NCBI GenBank assembly: GCA_963676565.1
Contig: OY781089.1
Location: forward strand, 544,001 to 608,000
DNA length: 64,000 nt
Source of the DNA: Halarcobacter sp.
GTDB taxonomy: Bacteria; Campylobacterota; Campylobacteria; Campylobacterales; Arcobacteraceae
Direction: 5' to 3'
In this document: one piece after another, positions 19,379-31,598 of the stretch
Position numbering within the stretch: the stretch's first letter is position 1
Layout of the letters: each line of letters begins with the position of its first letter
The notes under the pieces: generated by a model
Told to the model about the DNA's origin: nothing
The model's input: the letters and a program-made list of their open reading frames with translations, nothing else
The model's database searches: none
Made by a program: the position numbers and the translations under genes

Positions 19379-20654
19379 AGCTCCCAATGATGATTCATCT
19401 AAAATAGCTAAATTTGGTTTTAGTGTTGTAATAGTTGTGTTTATAATATTTGGAGGATGGGCAACTTTTGCTCCCCTTGCTATTAATGTAACTGCACTTG
19501 GTAAAGTATCTGCTGGATTAAATAAGAAAAAAATTCAAAGTATTGAAAGTGGTATAATCAAAACAATTTATGTAAATGATGGTGATTATGTAAAAAAAGG
19601 TCAACTATTAATTGAATTAGATGATACCCAATCAAAATCAGAATTAGATACTCAATTATTCCAATACCAAACACTATTAGCCCTAAAATCGAGACTTTTA
19701 GCACAACAAAATGGTAAAAAGACAATCACATTTGATGAGGGTGTGAAAAATAAAAAACTTATCGCTGAACAGACAGATTTATTTAATAGCACCATAGAAT
19801 CAATTAAAAAAAATAAACAAATATTAAATAAACAAGTATCACAGTTAAAAAAACGTATTGAAGCTATAAACTTCAAATTAAAAAGTAATACTTATATAAA
19901 ATCATCAATCGATGAAGAGATTGCAGAATTAGAAAAACTATATGCAAAAAAATTGATTAATAAAGTAGATTTAAGAAAATTTAAAAGGGAAGCATCCCAA
20001 CTAAGTGCTGAAATAATCAATAATGAAAAAGAGAAAACTGAATTAAAAGAGAAAATAAATGAATTATCTACAAAAATAGTACTACTTTTAAATGATTTCA
20101 AAAAAGATACTTTAGAGGAATTAACTTCTGCAACATCAAAAATCAATACTGTAAAATTAAAAATAGATTCATTAAGAAATAAATTAAATAAAACAAAAAT
20201 CTATGCACCATCTAATGGTTATATAGTAGGTGTATCAGATTATACACAAGACTCTATTATAAAAGCTGGTGCTGATATTATGGAGATTGTTCCAAAAGAT
20301 GCAGACCTTATAATTGAAGGTGCTATTAAATCCACAGATATAGATAAAGTAAAAATAGGATTAGAGGCAAATGTAGTTTTTTCTGCATACAACACCCAAA
20401 AATCTCATAAAATTCATGCAATTGTAACTTATATTTCTGCTGATACTCTTTATGATAAACAAAACCAAGAGTTCTATTATGAGATTAAATTAAAACTAAG
20501 CAAAGAGGGTAAAAAAGAGATTAAAAAATATAACTTTAATTTAGTTACAGGAATGCCTGCAGAAATAATGGTAAAAACTGGATATAGAACTGTTTTAAGT
20601 TATATGTTAAAACCTTTATTAGACAGATTTAATAGGAGTTTAAATGAAGAATAA
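19365..20654 (+). CDS. Type I secretion membrane fusion protein (HlyD/PrtE family)
   Basis: One TM, V.DGD.VKKGQ.L motif, long coiled coil, GMPAE...G.RTVLSY..KP C-terminus. Confidence 0.92.
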   Translation: MIMYKAPNDDSSKIAKFGFSVVIVVFIIFGGWATFAPLAINVTALGKVSAGLNKKKIQSIESGIIKTIYVNDGDYVKKGQLLIELDDTQSKSELDTQLFQYQTLLALKSRLLAQQNGKKTITFDEGVKNKKLIAEQTDLFNSTIESIKKNKQILNKQVSQLKKRIEAINFKLKSNTYIKSSIDEEIAELEKLYAKKLINKVDLRKFKREASQLSAEIINNEKEKTELKEKINELSTKIVLLLNDFKKDTLEELTSATSKINTVKLKIDSLRNKLNKTKIYAPSNGYIVGVSDYTQDSIIKAGADIMEIVPKDADLIIEGAIKSTDIDKVKIGLEANVVFSAYNTQKSHKIHAIVTYISADTLYDKQNQEFYYEIKLKLSKEGKKEIKKYNFNLVTGMPAEIMVKTGYRTVLSYMLKPLLDRFNRSLNEE

Positions 20655-21978
20655 CTTATATTTAATAAGTTTTTTACTTCTTTTTATTCCATTTAAAATA
20701 TATGCATTAGAGACTTTAAAATTTTCAAAAGCATATGAATTATCTTTGCAAAATTCTAAAAGAATACAATCTTTAGAATATAAATTAAAAGCAAATCATG
20801 AGAATCTGAATCAGGTTAGATCTATGATGTTACCTGAGGTTAATTTTTATGGATCATACACCCAAAATAATTATAAGGATATCCCTGTAAGTAATATATT
20901 TAAAGTAGATATAAAACAAAAAGTTAAAAACTATAATATTATTTTAAAACAATCCCTTTTTGATAGAAATCTTGCTTCAAAAATGGATATTGAAAAATCT
21001 AAATATGAATCTTATAGAAATGATTTAGATATAGAAAAACAAAAATTAGCAAAAGAGCTTTTAGATATATATTTAGCTCTTATAAAATCAAAAAATAAGA
21101 TAACAATGTTATCAAAATTTAAAGAGTACTTGGACTCTAAAAAAGAGCTTTTAAAGACTAGATATGAGATGGACTTATCCACAATTTCGGAGCTTATAAC
21201 TGTTGAATCAGATTTTAACCAAACTAACATTGACTTAGAAAAAGAGAAAGTTTTATTTAAAGTAAATAAAGAAAAACTAATAAGCTATATGGGAGAGGGA
21301 CTTGATTTTGAAATACCAGGATTAGATGATATTGTATTTACCTCTGATAATCTAAAAAAGATTAGAAGAAATTTAGTAAAAATTGATGAAATATATTCAA
21401 ATTTACAAGTTGATAAACTTGAGAATATTATGCAAATGCATAAGCATGAATTAGAAGATGCACAAAATAGTCATCTGCCAAAACTAAGTTTAAATCTTAA
21501 ATATACAAAAAATGTATCTGTAGAAAATAGTTATACTTCAGATTCTAGTTATAAAGAAAATAGAGAATTTTCTATAAATCTTTTAATTCCTTTGTATAAA
21601 GGGGGATATTATACATCATTGGAGAGAGCTTCAAAACTAAATATCAAGTCTTCACAGAAAGATATCGAAGCTTTACTTGATGATTTAAAACTCCAATACA
21701 AAGAAACTCGTGCAAATATAAACTCTGCAATTAGATCTATTTCTCTTTATGAAAAAGCTTTAGAAGCGGCAGTACTAACAAAAGATATAGTAAACAAAGA
21801 GTTCTCGCACGGTATAAAAAGTATACTCGATGTACAAGAAGCAGAGTATAAAATAACGCAAATAAAAGATAAATCTATTGACAATGTCACAACCTTAGTT
21901 GACAACTATTTAGCCTTTCTAACACTAACAAACCATTTTGATGCACTTGAAGTAATTGATTCTATAATTAAAAATTAA
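20644..21978 (+). CDS. TolC-family outer-membrane channel
   Basis: Signal peptide; two LP.(V/L) repeat halves; IPLYKGG; G.KS.LDV motif. Confidence 0.88.
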   Translation: MKNNLYLISFLLLFIPFKIYALETLKFSKAYELSLQNSKRIQSLEYKLKANHENLNQVRSMMLPEVNFYGSYTQNNYKDIPVSNIFKVDIKQKVKNYNIILKQSLFDRNLASKMDIEKSKYESYRNDLDIEKQKLAKELLDIYLALIKSKNKITMLSKFKEYLDSKKELLKTRYEMDLSTISELITVESDFNQTNIDLEKEKVLFKVNKEKLISYMGEGLDFEIPGLDDIVFTSDNLKKIRRNLVKIDEIYSNLQVDKLENIMQMHKHELEDAQNSHLPKLSLNLKYTKNVSVENSYTSDSSYKENREFSINLLIPLYKGGYYTSLERASKLNIKSSQKDIEALLDDLKLQYKETRANINSAIRSISLYEKALEAAVLTKDIVNKEFSHGIKSILDVQEAEYKITQIKDKSIDNVTTLVDNYLAFLTLTNHFDALEVIDSIIKN

Positions 21979-22050
21979 TATTTAATATTTTTAAATTTAT
22001 ATTAATTTAGATATAATCTTTAGAATTTATATACAAAGAGTACGGTTTTA

Positions 22051-23358
22051 ATGACAAGTAAAGAGTTTTTACATATTATAGAAAAAGAAGCACATCCAGC
22101 TGATTACAAAAGATACCTAAAACAACTATCATACAAAAAAATTTCTTCTGATGACAAATTAGCAGTTTTTGAAGTATCAAATAAGTATGTAGGGGCATGG
22201 ATTAAAAGTAAATATACACAAATTATACAACACTGCTTTGAGATATACGATGGCACTAAACCTGACATTGAAATAAAAATTGCAGGTGAGAAGAAAAGTA
22301 AAAAAGAGATTATTTCTGAAAAAGCCAAAAATGAAGCTACTGAAAGTACTATATTAAACCCTTCATATACTTTTGATTCTTTCGTAGTGGGAAGTTCCAA
22401 CCAAATGGCATATAATGCCTCTTTGGCAGTTGCTCAAAAACCTGGTGTTCAATACAATCCATTATTTATTTATGGTGGAACAGGTCTAGGGAAAACTCAC
22501 CTTTTACAAGCAATTGGTAATGATGCCATTGAAAAAGGTAAAACAATTATTTATGTAACTATTGAACAGTTTATGAATGATTTTACATTTTCAATTAAAA
22601 ATAAAAATATGGAACACTTTAGAAGTAAATATAGAAAATGCGATGTTTTACTAATCGATGATATTCAATTTTTATCTGGAAAAGAACAAACTCAAGAAGA
22701 GTTTTTTCACACCTTTAATGAATTACATAATGCAAAAAAACAAATTGTTATGACGAGTGATAGAATACCTTCACAAATTGCAGGACTTGTGGATAGATTA
22801 AAATCAAGGTTTGAATGGGGTTTAACGGCAGATATTCAATTACCTGGACTTGAAACAAAAATTGCTATTATTGAAAAGAAAAGTGAACTTAATGGAATCC
22901 ATTTAAGTAGAGAGATTATTAACTATATTGCAACAAACCTTGATAACTCTATTAGAGAGATTGAAGGGGTATTAATTAGAATTAATGCTAGTGCTTCTTT
23001 ATTAAATCAAGAGATAAATTTAGAGTTAGCTCAAAATTTATTAAAAGAACAAATTAAAGAAAAAAAGGAAAATATCAAACTTCCTGATATAATTACCCTT
23101 GTAGCAAACGAATTAAATATTAAACCAAGTGATATTAAGTCTAAAAAGAGAACTGCAACAGTAGCAAATGCAAGAAGAGTAGTTATCTATTTAGCAAGAG
23201 AATTAACACACAACTCTATGCCTGATATAGCAAAATTTTTAGGAATGAAAGATCATAGTTCTATTTCTAAAAATATTCAAAAGACAAATGAGTTAATAGA
23301 AACAGATGAAAACTTCAAATTAATCATCCAAAATTTGAAGAATAAAATCATAAATTAG
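22051..23358 (+). CDS. dnaA: Chromosomal replication initiator DnaA
   Basis: YNPLFIYGGTGLGKTHLL, LLIDDIQF, QEEFFHTFN, RLKSRFEWGL. Confidence 0.98.
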   Translation: MTSKEFLHIIEKEAHPADYKRYLKQLSYKKISSDDKLAVFEVSNKYVGAWIKSKYTQIIQHCFEIYDGTKPDIEIKIAGEKKSKKEIISEKAKNEATESTILNPSYTFDSFVVGSSNQMAYNASLAVAQKPGVQYNPLFIYGGTGLGKTHLLQAIGNDAIEKGKTIIYVTIEQFMNDFTFSIKNKNMEHFRSKYRKCDVLLIDDIQFLSGKEQTQEEFFHTFNELHNAKKQIVMTSDRIPSQIAGLVDRLKSRFEWGLTADIQLPGLETKIAIIEKKSELNGIHLSREIINYIATNLDNSIREIEGVLIRINASASLLNQEINLELAQNLLKEQIKEKKENIKLPDIITLVANELNIKPSDIKSKKRTATVANARRVVIYLARELTHNSMPDIAKFLGMKDHSSISKNIQKTNELIETDENFKLIIQNLKNKIIN

Positions 23359-23388
23359 GGAGTGGTAAAAATAAGTTAGATAAGCAAA

Positions 23389-23512
23389 TGTGAAAAGCTG
23401 TGAACTTTTATAGATACTTATTCACATACACAAAGTGTTATGCAGTAGGGTCTAGGATAAAGTTTTCATCTTTTCACATGAACTACTATTACCACTAATT
23501 AATATAATAAAT
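23389..23512. promoter_or_regulatory. oriC2: DnaA boxes, DnaA-trio-like triplets and an AT-rich unwinding element
   Basis: TGTGAAAAG (23389), TGTGAACTT (23399), TTATTCACA (23418), CTTTTCACA (23470); ACT-ACT-ATT-ACC-ACT (23482-23496); then AATTAATATAATAAAT. Confidence 0.8.
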
Positions 23513-23525
23513 AGGAGCTGATAAA

Positions 23526-24596
23526 ATGAAATTCATAATAACAAAAAGCATATTTGAGAATATAATCTCATCAATGCAACCATTCTTAGAAAAAAAAGAT
23601 GCAAGTTCAATTACTTCACATATATATTTAGAAGTAAATGATTCTAAACTTATTCTAAAAGCAACAGATTATGAAATTGGATTAGAATGTAGTATTGATA
23701 CAATTACTGAATCACTTTACGGAAAAGCAACAGTAAACGGATCTAATCTACTAGGTATAATTAAAAGATTAAAAGATTCAGATATTATTATTGAAACTGC
23801 TGATAATAATCTTGTTATAAAACAAAATAAATCAACATTTAAATTACCTATGTATGATGCAGATGAATATCCATCATTAATTTTAAATCAAGATTTAAAA
23901 AATTTAGATGTTTCAACTGTTAATTTAATCAACTCTATTAGAAAAATTACACCTGCAATTGATAATAACAATCCTAAATTTGAATTAAATGGTGCATTAA
24001 TAGATATAAAAAGCTCTAAAATAAATTTTGTATCAACTGATACTAGAAGATTAGCAATTTCATTTTTACAAAACATTTCAAATGCTGAAGCTCAATTTAT
24101 TATTCCTAAAAAAGCAATAATTGAAATTCAAAAACTATTTTTAGATAATGCAACAATCTCTTATGATGAAAACAATCTAATTGTTTCAAATGCTAATATG
24201 AGATTTTTTACAAAACTAATTAATGGTAAATTCCCAGATTACGAAAGAATCATTCCACAAAATTTAAAATATAATTTAGAGATTCCAAAAAACATGTTAA
24301 TTGAATCTATCAAATTAGTTACATCTTTATTTTCAAATATTAAAATCACATTTAAACCTCAATCTATAGTTTTTGAATCTTTAGATGAAGATACAGAATC
24401 AAAAACACAAATTGATATTGATTTAAATATTGACAATGAGTTCTATTTAGCAGTTAATGCTAAATATTTATTAGACTTTTTAAGTCAAACAAATAAAGAA
24501 AATGTAACTATTGGATTTAATGAATCAAATTTACCATTTTATTTAGAAGATGATAAATTCTTTACAATTGTAATGCCAATTGTTTTAGAAAAATAA
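23526..24596 (+). CDS. dnaN: DNA polymerase III beta clamp
   Basis: ATDYEI, STDTRRL, GKFPDYER and IVMP motifs; follows dnaA. Confidence 0.97.
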   Translation: MKFIITKSIFENIISSMQPFLEKKDASSITSHIYLEVNDSKLILKATDYEIGLECSIDTITESLYGKATVNGSNLLGIIKRLKDSDIIIETADNNLVIKQNKSTFKLPMYDADEYPSLILNQDLKNLDVSTVNLINSIRKITPAIDNNNPKFELNGALIDIKSSKINFVSTDTRRLAISFLQNISNAEAQFIIPKKAIIEIQKLFLDNATISYDENNLIVSNANMRFFTKLINGKFPDYERIIPQNLKYNLEIPKNMLIESIKLVTSLFSNIKITFKPQSIVFESLDEDTESKTQIDIDLNIDNEFYLAVNAKYLLDFLSQTNKENVTIGFNESNLPFYLEDDKFFTIVMPIVLEK

Positions 24597-24606
24597 GTAA
24601 GGATAA

Positions 24607-26934
<2,328 letters not shown>

Positions 26935-26961
26935 TTAATTTTTAATTAATTTTTGAATGAT

Positions 26962-26997
26962 ACCTTTGTGAAATAATATTTTCACAAAGGTTTTTTT
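26962..26997 (+). terminator. Intrinsic terminator after gyrB that overlaps the eptA RBS
   Basis: ACCTTTGTGAAA / TTTCACAAAGGT 12-bp stem followed by a T-run and then the ATG. Confidence 0.7.
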
Positions 26998-28617
26998 ATG
27001 TTTAAACAAATCTCTTCATATAGAGTAATTCTTATTTGTTCCTTTTTATTTGCCCTATTTTATAACTATTCTTTTTTTAAAAATCTATTGATAGTTTATA
27101 AATTTAGTGGTATAAATATTTTTTATACCATAAGTGTTTTTTTCTCACTAATTGCTTTTATTGCCTTAGTTATAAATCTTTTATCTTCTAGATTTATATT
27201 TAAACCATTTATGATTTCCCTTTTAATTATTTCATCTTTTGTAGCTTATTTTATGGACACTTATAACATAGTTGTAGACCATAGTATGGTTAGAAATTCT
27301 TTAGAAACAAATTTAAATGAATCCCTAGATTTATTTAGTATAGAGCTAGTTTTTTATGTTTTACTATTTGGTGTAATTCCAAGTTTTTTAGTATATCAAT
27401 CAAATATAAGTTATGGAACATTTAAAGAAGAAAGTATAAAAAAATTAAAAACAATCATTTTACTTTTAATATTTATAGCAATAAATGTATTTGGTTTTAG
27501 TAAATTTTATACATCATTTTTAAGGGAGCATAAAGATTTAAAATATTATGCAAATCCTACATTTTGGATGTTTGGAATTATGGATTATACAAAAAGAACT
27601 TTTTTTGATGGAAAAGTTGTTGTAAAAACTCTTGGAAAAGATGCTAAAATTGTTGAAGAAACTGATGAATATGAGAAAAAAGAATTAGTTATTATGGTTG
27701 TTGGTGAAGCAACAAGAGCTGATAGATTTTCTTTAAATGGTTATGAACGAGAAACAAATCCATTACTAAAAAAAGAAGAAATATATAATTTATCAAATGT
27801 AAGTTCATGTGGTACGGCAACAGCACATTCAGTTCCTTGCATGTTTTCTATATATAATAGAGATGACTATAGTTATAAAAAAGGTATTAGAACAGAGAAT
27901 GTATTAGATATTTTAACTCATTCAAATGAAATAAAAGTTCTTTGGAGAGATAATAATTCTGATTCAAAAGGGGTAGCCTTAAGGGTTGAATATGAAGACT
28001 ATAAAACTTCAGAAAAAAATACTATATGTGAAAATGGTGAATGTAGAGATGAAGGAATGCTTATAGGATTAGATAAATATATTGAAAAAAATAAAAACAA
28101 AGATATTTTAATTGTTCTTCATCAAATGGGAAATCATGGACCAGCTTATTATAAACGATATCCAAAGAAATTTGAAAAATTTACACCTGTTTGTAAAACA
28201 AATCAATTGGAAAAGTGTACAAAAGATGAAATAAATAATGCATATGATAACGCAATATTACATACTGATTCATTTTTATCAGATGTAATTAATTTCTTAA
28301 AACCATATTCTAAAGATTATGAAACAGCAATGTTTTATATGAGTGACCATGGAGAAAGTTTAGGTGAAAATGGAATTTATTTACATGGAATGCCATATTT
28401 TATGGCTCCTAAAACACAAACTCATGTTGCTTCACTAATGTGGTTTGGTGATAGTATTAAAGAAGAATTGGATGTAGAAAAGTTAAATATTTTAAAAGAT
28501 AATTCATATTCTCAAGATAATTTATTTCATACATTATTAGGACTTTTTGAAGTGGATACAAATGTATACAAAAAAGATTTTGATATTATAAATCCAATAA
28601 GAAGAGATAAAAAATGA
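26998..28617 (+). CDS. eptA: Phosphoethanolamine transferase (EptA/EptC family)
   Basis: Five-TM N-terminus; VVGEATR, SCGTATAHSVPCMFS, HQMGNHGPAY, SDHGESLGE, YLHG. Confidence 0.92.
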   Translation: MFKQISSYRVILICSFLFALFYNYSFFKNLLIVYKFSGINIFYTISVFFSLIAFIALVINLLSSRFIFKPFMISLLIISSFVAYFMDTYNIVVDHSMVRNSLETNLNESLDLFSIELVFYVLLFGVIPSFLVYQSNISYGTFKEESIKKLKTIILLLIFIAINVFGFSKFYTSFLREHKDLKYYANPTFWMFGIMDYTKRTFFDGKVVVKTLGKDAKIVEETDEYEKKELVIMVVGEATRADRFSLNGYERETNPLLKKEEIYNLSNVSSCGTATAHSVPCMFSIYNRDDYSYKKGIRTENVLDILTHSNEIKVLWRDNNSDSKGVALRVEYEDYKTSEKNTICENGECRDEGMLIGLDKYIEKNKNKDILIVLHQMGNHGPAYYKRYPKKFEKFTPVCKTNQLEKCTKDEINNAYDNAILHTDSFLSDVINFLKPYSKDYETAMFYMSDHGESLGENGIYLHGMPYFMAPKTQTHVASLMWFGDSIKEELDVEKLNILKDNSYSQDNLFHTLLGLFEVDTNVYKKDFDIINPIRRDKK

Positions 28618-28970
28618 GAAATCAACCCAAATATAATTTTTTTAAAAATAGTTCTTATGCTTTAAATGGATTTGTAGATTTGGTTAAAACAGAAACTTCA
28701 TTTAAAATAGAATTATACTGCGCAATTATTGCCTTTCCTCTAATTATTTTTATTGATACTTCACTAGTGAATAAATTGCTCATGTTTATTACCTTTAGTG
28801 GACTACTTTTAGCTGAAGTAATAAATAGTGCAATAGAAAGAACAGTTGATTTAGTGACACTTGAATACCATCAAATGGCAAAAAAAGATAAAGATATTGG
28901 TAGTGCTATTGTTTTTGTAAGTATTTGTATTTGTACTGTTACTTGCTTATCAATATTGCTTACAATTTAG
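28614..28970 (+). CDS. dgkA: Diacylglycerol kinase
   Basis: ETSFKIE, EVINSAIERTVD and KD.GSA motifs; overlaps the eptA stop. Confidence 0.88.
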   Translation: MRNQPKYNFFKNSSYALNGFVDLVKTETSFKIELYCAIIAFPLIIFIDTSLVNKLLMFITFSGLLLAEVINSAIERTVDLVTLEYHQMAKKDKDIGSAIVFVSICICTVTCLSILLTI

Positions 28971-28992
28971 TTATATAATACGGAAATTACAT

Positions 28993-30330
28993 TTACACTT
29001 TGGAAGTATCAAATGTAACTGTAATTTTTGTTCCAATAGATGGTTTAGATTCTATATCTAGTTTACCTTTATGAAGTTCTACTATATTTTTAACTAAACT
29101 TAGTCCTAAACCAAAACCTTTAATAGATTTATTTCTACTTTCATCAACTCTAAAAAATCTATCAGTTATTTGATTTATATATTTTTCAGAAATTCCAATT
29201 CCTTGGTCTTCAACAATAAAACTAACAGAGTCATTTTCTTTGTATATTGATACATAAATTTTTTCATCATCATTTGAATACTTAATTGCATTTTCAATGA
29301 TATTTGAAAATAAAACATTGATTAGAAGAGGATTTACTTTTTCTCTTGCTTTTTCAAAACGTGTAAATTCTATAGATATATTTTTTTCCTCTGCTTGCGG
29401 TAAGAGTTTTTCAACACTATCAATTAAAATTGAATTTAAATCATGAGTTTCAAAAGTCTCATTTATATTTTCTTTAGAGTATTTTGTTAAAAGAAGCAAA
29501 TTTTCAACTATCTCTTTTATTTTATTTGATTCATATGAAATTTTTTTAAGGGAGTTTTTATAATAGTTTTCATCCCTTTGTTTTTTCAATGCAAGTTCTA
29601 TTTGAGTATTTATAACTGTAAGAGGCGTTCTTAATTCATGGGAAACATCACTATTAAATCTATCTAATTTTTCAACTCCTTCTTGAAGTCTATTTACCAT
29701 TAGATTAAAAGTTTTAATAAGCTCTTTAAATTCTTCTTCTTGTTTATCTATTTCAAGGTTATGGGTGAAATTGTCAATTGAGATTTTTTTTGCAGCTTCA
29801 GTGATATCATTTACAGGAGCTAACATTTTATTGAAAAATTTAATTCCAATATAAATTAAAAATATTAGTAAAATAGGATTTAAAACTAATAAAATAGTAA
29901 TAATATCTTCAAGTTTATTGGCATTTTGTTTATTTGTTAATAAAATTTGACCAATAAAAGGTTCACTAAATTTATATATATAAAAGCCTTGATTTATCTC
30001 TTCATCAAACTCTTTCACAAAAAATGTTTTATCTGTATTTATAAATTTTTTAAAAGAGTCAATTGTAAAGTTATCTGTTTGATAAAGAATCTTTTCATCT
30101 TTTAGAATAGCTACTTGAGCATTTTCAATGTTTGAAAATAGTTCTTTAATATCTTCTTCTTTTAATTCATCAAGAACATTTTGTGCAATTAATTCTAGAT
30201 TGGCTTTATGTTTTAGATTAATATTTTCATTTATTGAATAATACAAAGCAAAACTAAATGCTAATAAAACGAGTGTAATAGAACCAATAAACCAAAATAA
30301 GATTTTAAATTTTAAACTATTAAGCTTCAA
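28993..30330 (-). CDS. HAMP sensor histidine kinase
   Basis: Two TMs, HAMP, VSHELRTPL, NAIKY, DQGIG, GFGLGL. Confidence 0.92.
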   Translation of the reverse strand: MKLNSLKFKILFWFIGSITLVLLAFSFALYYSINENINLKHKANLELIAQNVLDELKEEDIKELFSNIENAQVAILKDEKILYQTDNFTIDSFKKFINTDKTFFVKEFDEEINQGFYIYKFSEPFIGQILLTNKQNANKLEDIITILLVLNPILLIFLIYIGIKFFNKMLAPVNDITEAAKKISIDNFTHNLEIDKQEEEFKELIKTFNLMVNRLQEGVEKLDRFNSDVSHELRTPLTVINTQIELALKKQRDENYYKNSLKKISYESNKIKEIVENLLLLTKYSKENINETFETHDLNSILIDSVEKLLPQAEEKNISIEFTRFEKAREKVNPLLINVLFSNIIENAIKYSNDDEKIYVSIYKENDSVSFIVEDQGIGISEKYINQITDRFFRVDESRNKSIKGFGLGLSLVKNIVELHKGKLDIESKPSIGTKITVTFDTSKV

Positions 30331-30976
30331 TTTTATACCCCAATCCTTTGAAGTTTTTAATCAATTCTTTTGAGAGTTTTTTTCTTAACTTGAAAATAGT
30401 AACTTCAATTACATTACTAGTTCTTATCTCTTCATTTGTCCATAATTGTTCTTCAATCATAAATTTTGATACATAAGAGTTTTTATTTTTTACTAAAAAC
30501 ATTAAAAGTTCATACTCTTTTGCACTTAATTCTATTGTTTGATTTTCTAAAGTTACAATTTTTTTACTTGTATCTATTGTAAAGTTTTGAATTTGAATAG
30601 TACTTGAACCCTTAAAAGATGTTCTTCTATACAAAGCTTCTACTCTTGCTTGAAGCTCTTCAAAGCTAAATGGTTTAGATAAATAATCATCTGCACCATG
30701 TTTTAAACCTTCAACTTTATTTTTAACTTCATCTTTTGCTGTTAACATGATAATAGGTGTATTAATATTATTATTTCTAAGTTTTTCTAAAATTTGAATA
30801 CCACTTATCTTTGGAAGCATCCAATCTAAAACTATTACATCATAACTATTCATAGAAGCTAAATATAATCCATCTTCACCATCATCTGAAGTTTCTACAA
30901 TAAAATCTTCTTCTTCAAATCCATCTTTTAGTAAAGAGAGGATGTTTTCATCATCCTCAATTATTAGTAATTTCAT
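30320..30976 (-). CDS. OmpR-family response regulator
   Basis: LDWMLP, GADDYLSKPF, GLGYK. Confidence 0.93.
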   Translation of the reverse strand: MKLLIIEDDENILSLLKDGFEEEDFIVETSDDGEDGLYLASMNSYDVIVLDWMLPKISGIQILEKLRNNNINTPIIMLTAKDEVKNKVEGLKHGADDYLSKPFSFEELQARVEALYRRTSFKGSSTIQIQNFTIDTSKKIVTLENQTIELSAKEYELLMFLVKNKNSYVSKFMIEEQLWTNEEIRTSNVIEVTIFKLRKKLSKELIKNFKGLGYKIEA

Positions 30977-31013
30977 AAGCTACCTTTTATTTAGGTTTTA
31001 ATTATAACTTTTT

Positions 31014-31439
31014 TTAGCTCCAAAATTTATACCAAGGTTCATTTTCTTCATTGTCATCATCTTCTTCATCTTCCTCACTTTTATCAACTTTGGATGCTAA
31101 GATTTTTCCATTTCCTGCATCAACTAATACATCTGTAATTTGATTGTTTTTTAATACTTCAGCTTGGTATACTAAATTTCCATCTTCATTTTCTAATTTT
31201 ACTTGTATAACAGTACCATGATATTTTGATTTTAAAATATTTGTAACTTCTGATACATCAATCTTTGCCATACTCTTTTCATTAAGTTCAGAGATTTTGT
31301 CATCTACTTGCATTGAACTTTTAATTACTTTATCTTGAGTTTTATCATTGATTTCTAAATCTTTATCTGAAGCTAATGCTACAGATGACATTAAACTCAA
31401 TGCAACAATGCTTTTTACTAAATAAGAATTGTTTTTCAT
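31014..31439 (-). CDS. Exported PepSY-domain protein
   Basis: ATG at 31439 after AAGGA; signal peptide; LENEDGNLVY and VLVDAGNGKIL; acidic tail. Confidence 0.8.
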   Translation of the reverse strand: MKNNSYLVKSIVALSLMSSVALASDKDLEINDKTQDKVIKSSMQVDDKISELNEKSMAKIDVSEVTNILKSKYHGTVIQVKLENEDGNLVYQAEVLKNNQITDVLVDAGNGKILASKVDKSEEDEEDDDNEENEPWYKFWS

Positions 31440-31469
31440 TTTATATCCTTTTTTTGATTTGTTAAGAGA

Positions 31470-31501
31470 ATTGTAAAGGCCTGAAATTAACTGTAAATTA
31501 A
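31470..31501 (-). promoter_or_regulatory. Promoter with TTAATT direct repeat (11-bp period) upstream of pepSY-RR-HK
   Basis: Minus strand TTAATTTACAG TTAATTTCAGG, then -10 TACAAT at 31475. Confidence 0.5.
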
Positions 31502-31598
31502 TTTTTACAAAAAATTTTCTTTTGTTCATTTATTTGTATGTAACTTTCCTTATCCTATAATCCCAAATTCAAAATAAAACCATCCAAAGAAGAAACCA

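Noticed and set aside
17186..22050. Mobile-element signature for the T1SS cassette
   Set aside because: No integrase, transposase, terminal inverted repeats or convincing target duplication seen; the flanks are too AT-rich to call junctions
28870..28905. dgkA KKDKD in place of the usual xxAKD as a sign of pseudogenisation
   Set aside because: Single substitution; the frame and other catalytic motifs are intact, so it cannot be judged without an alignment
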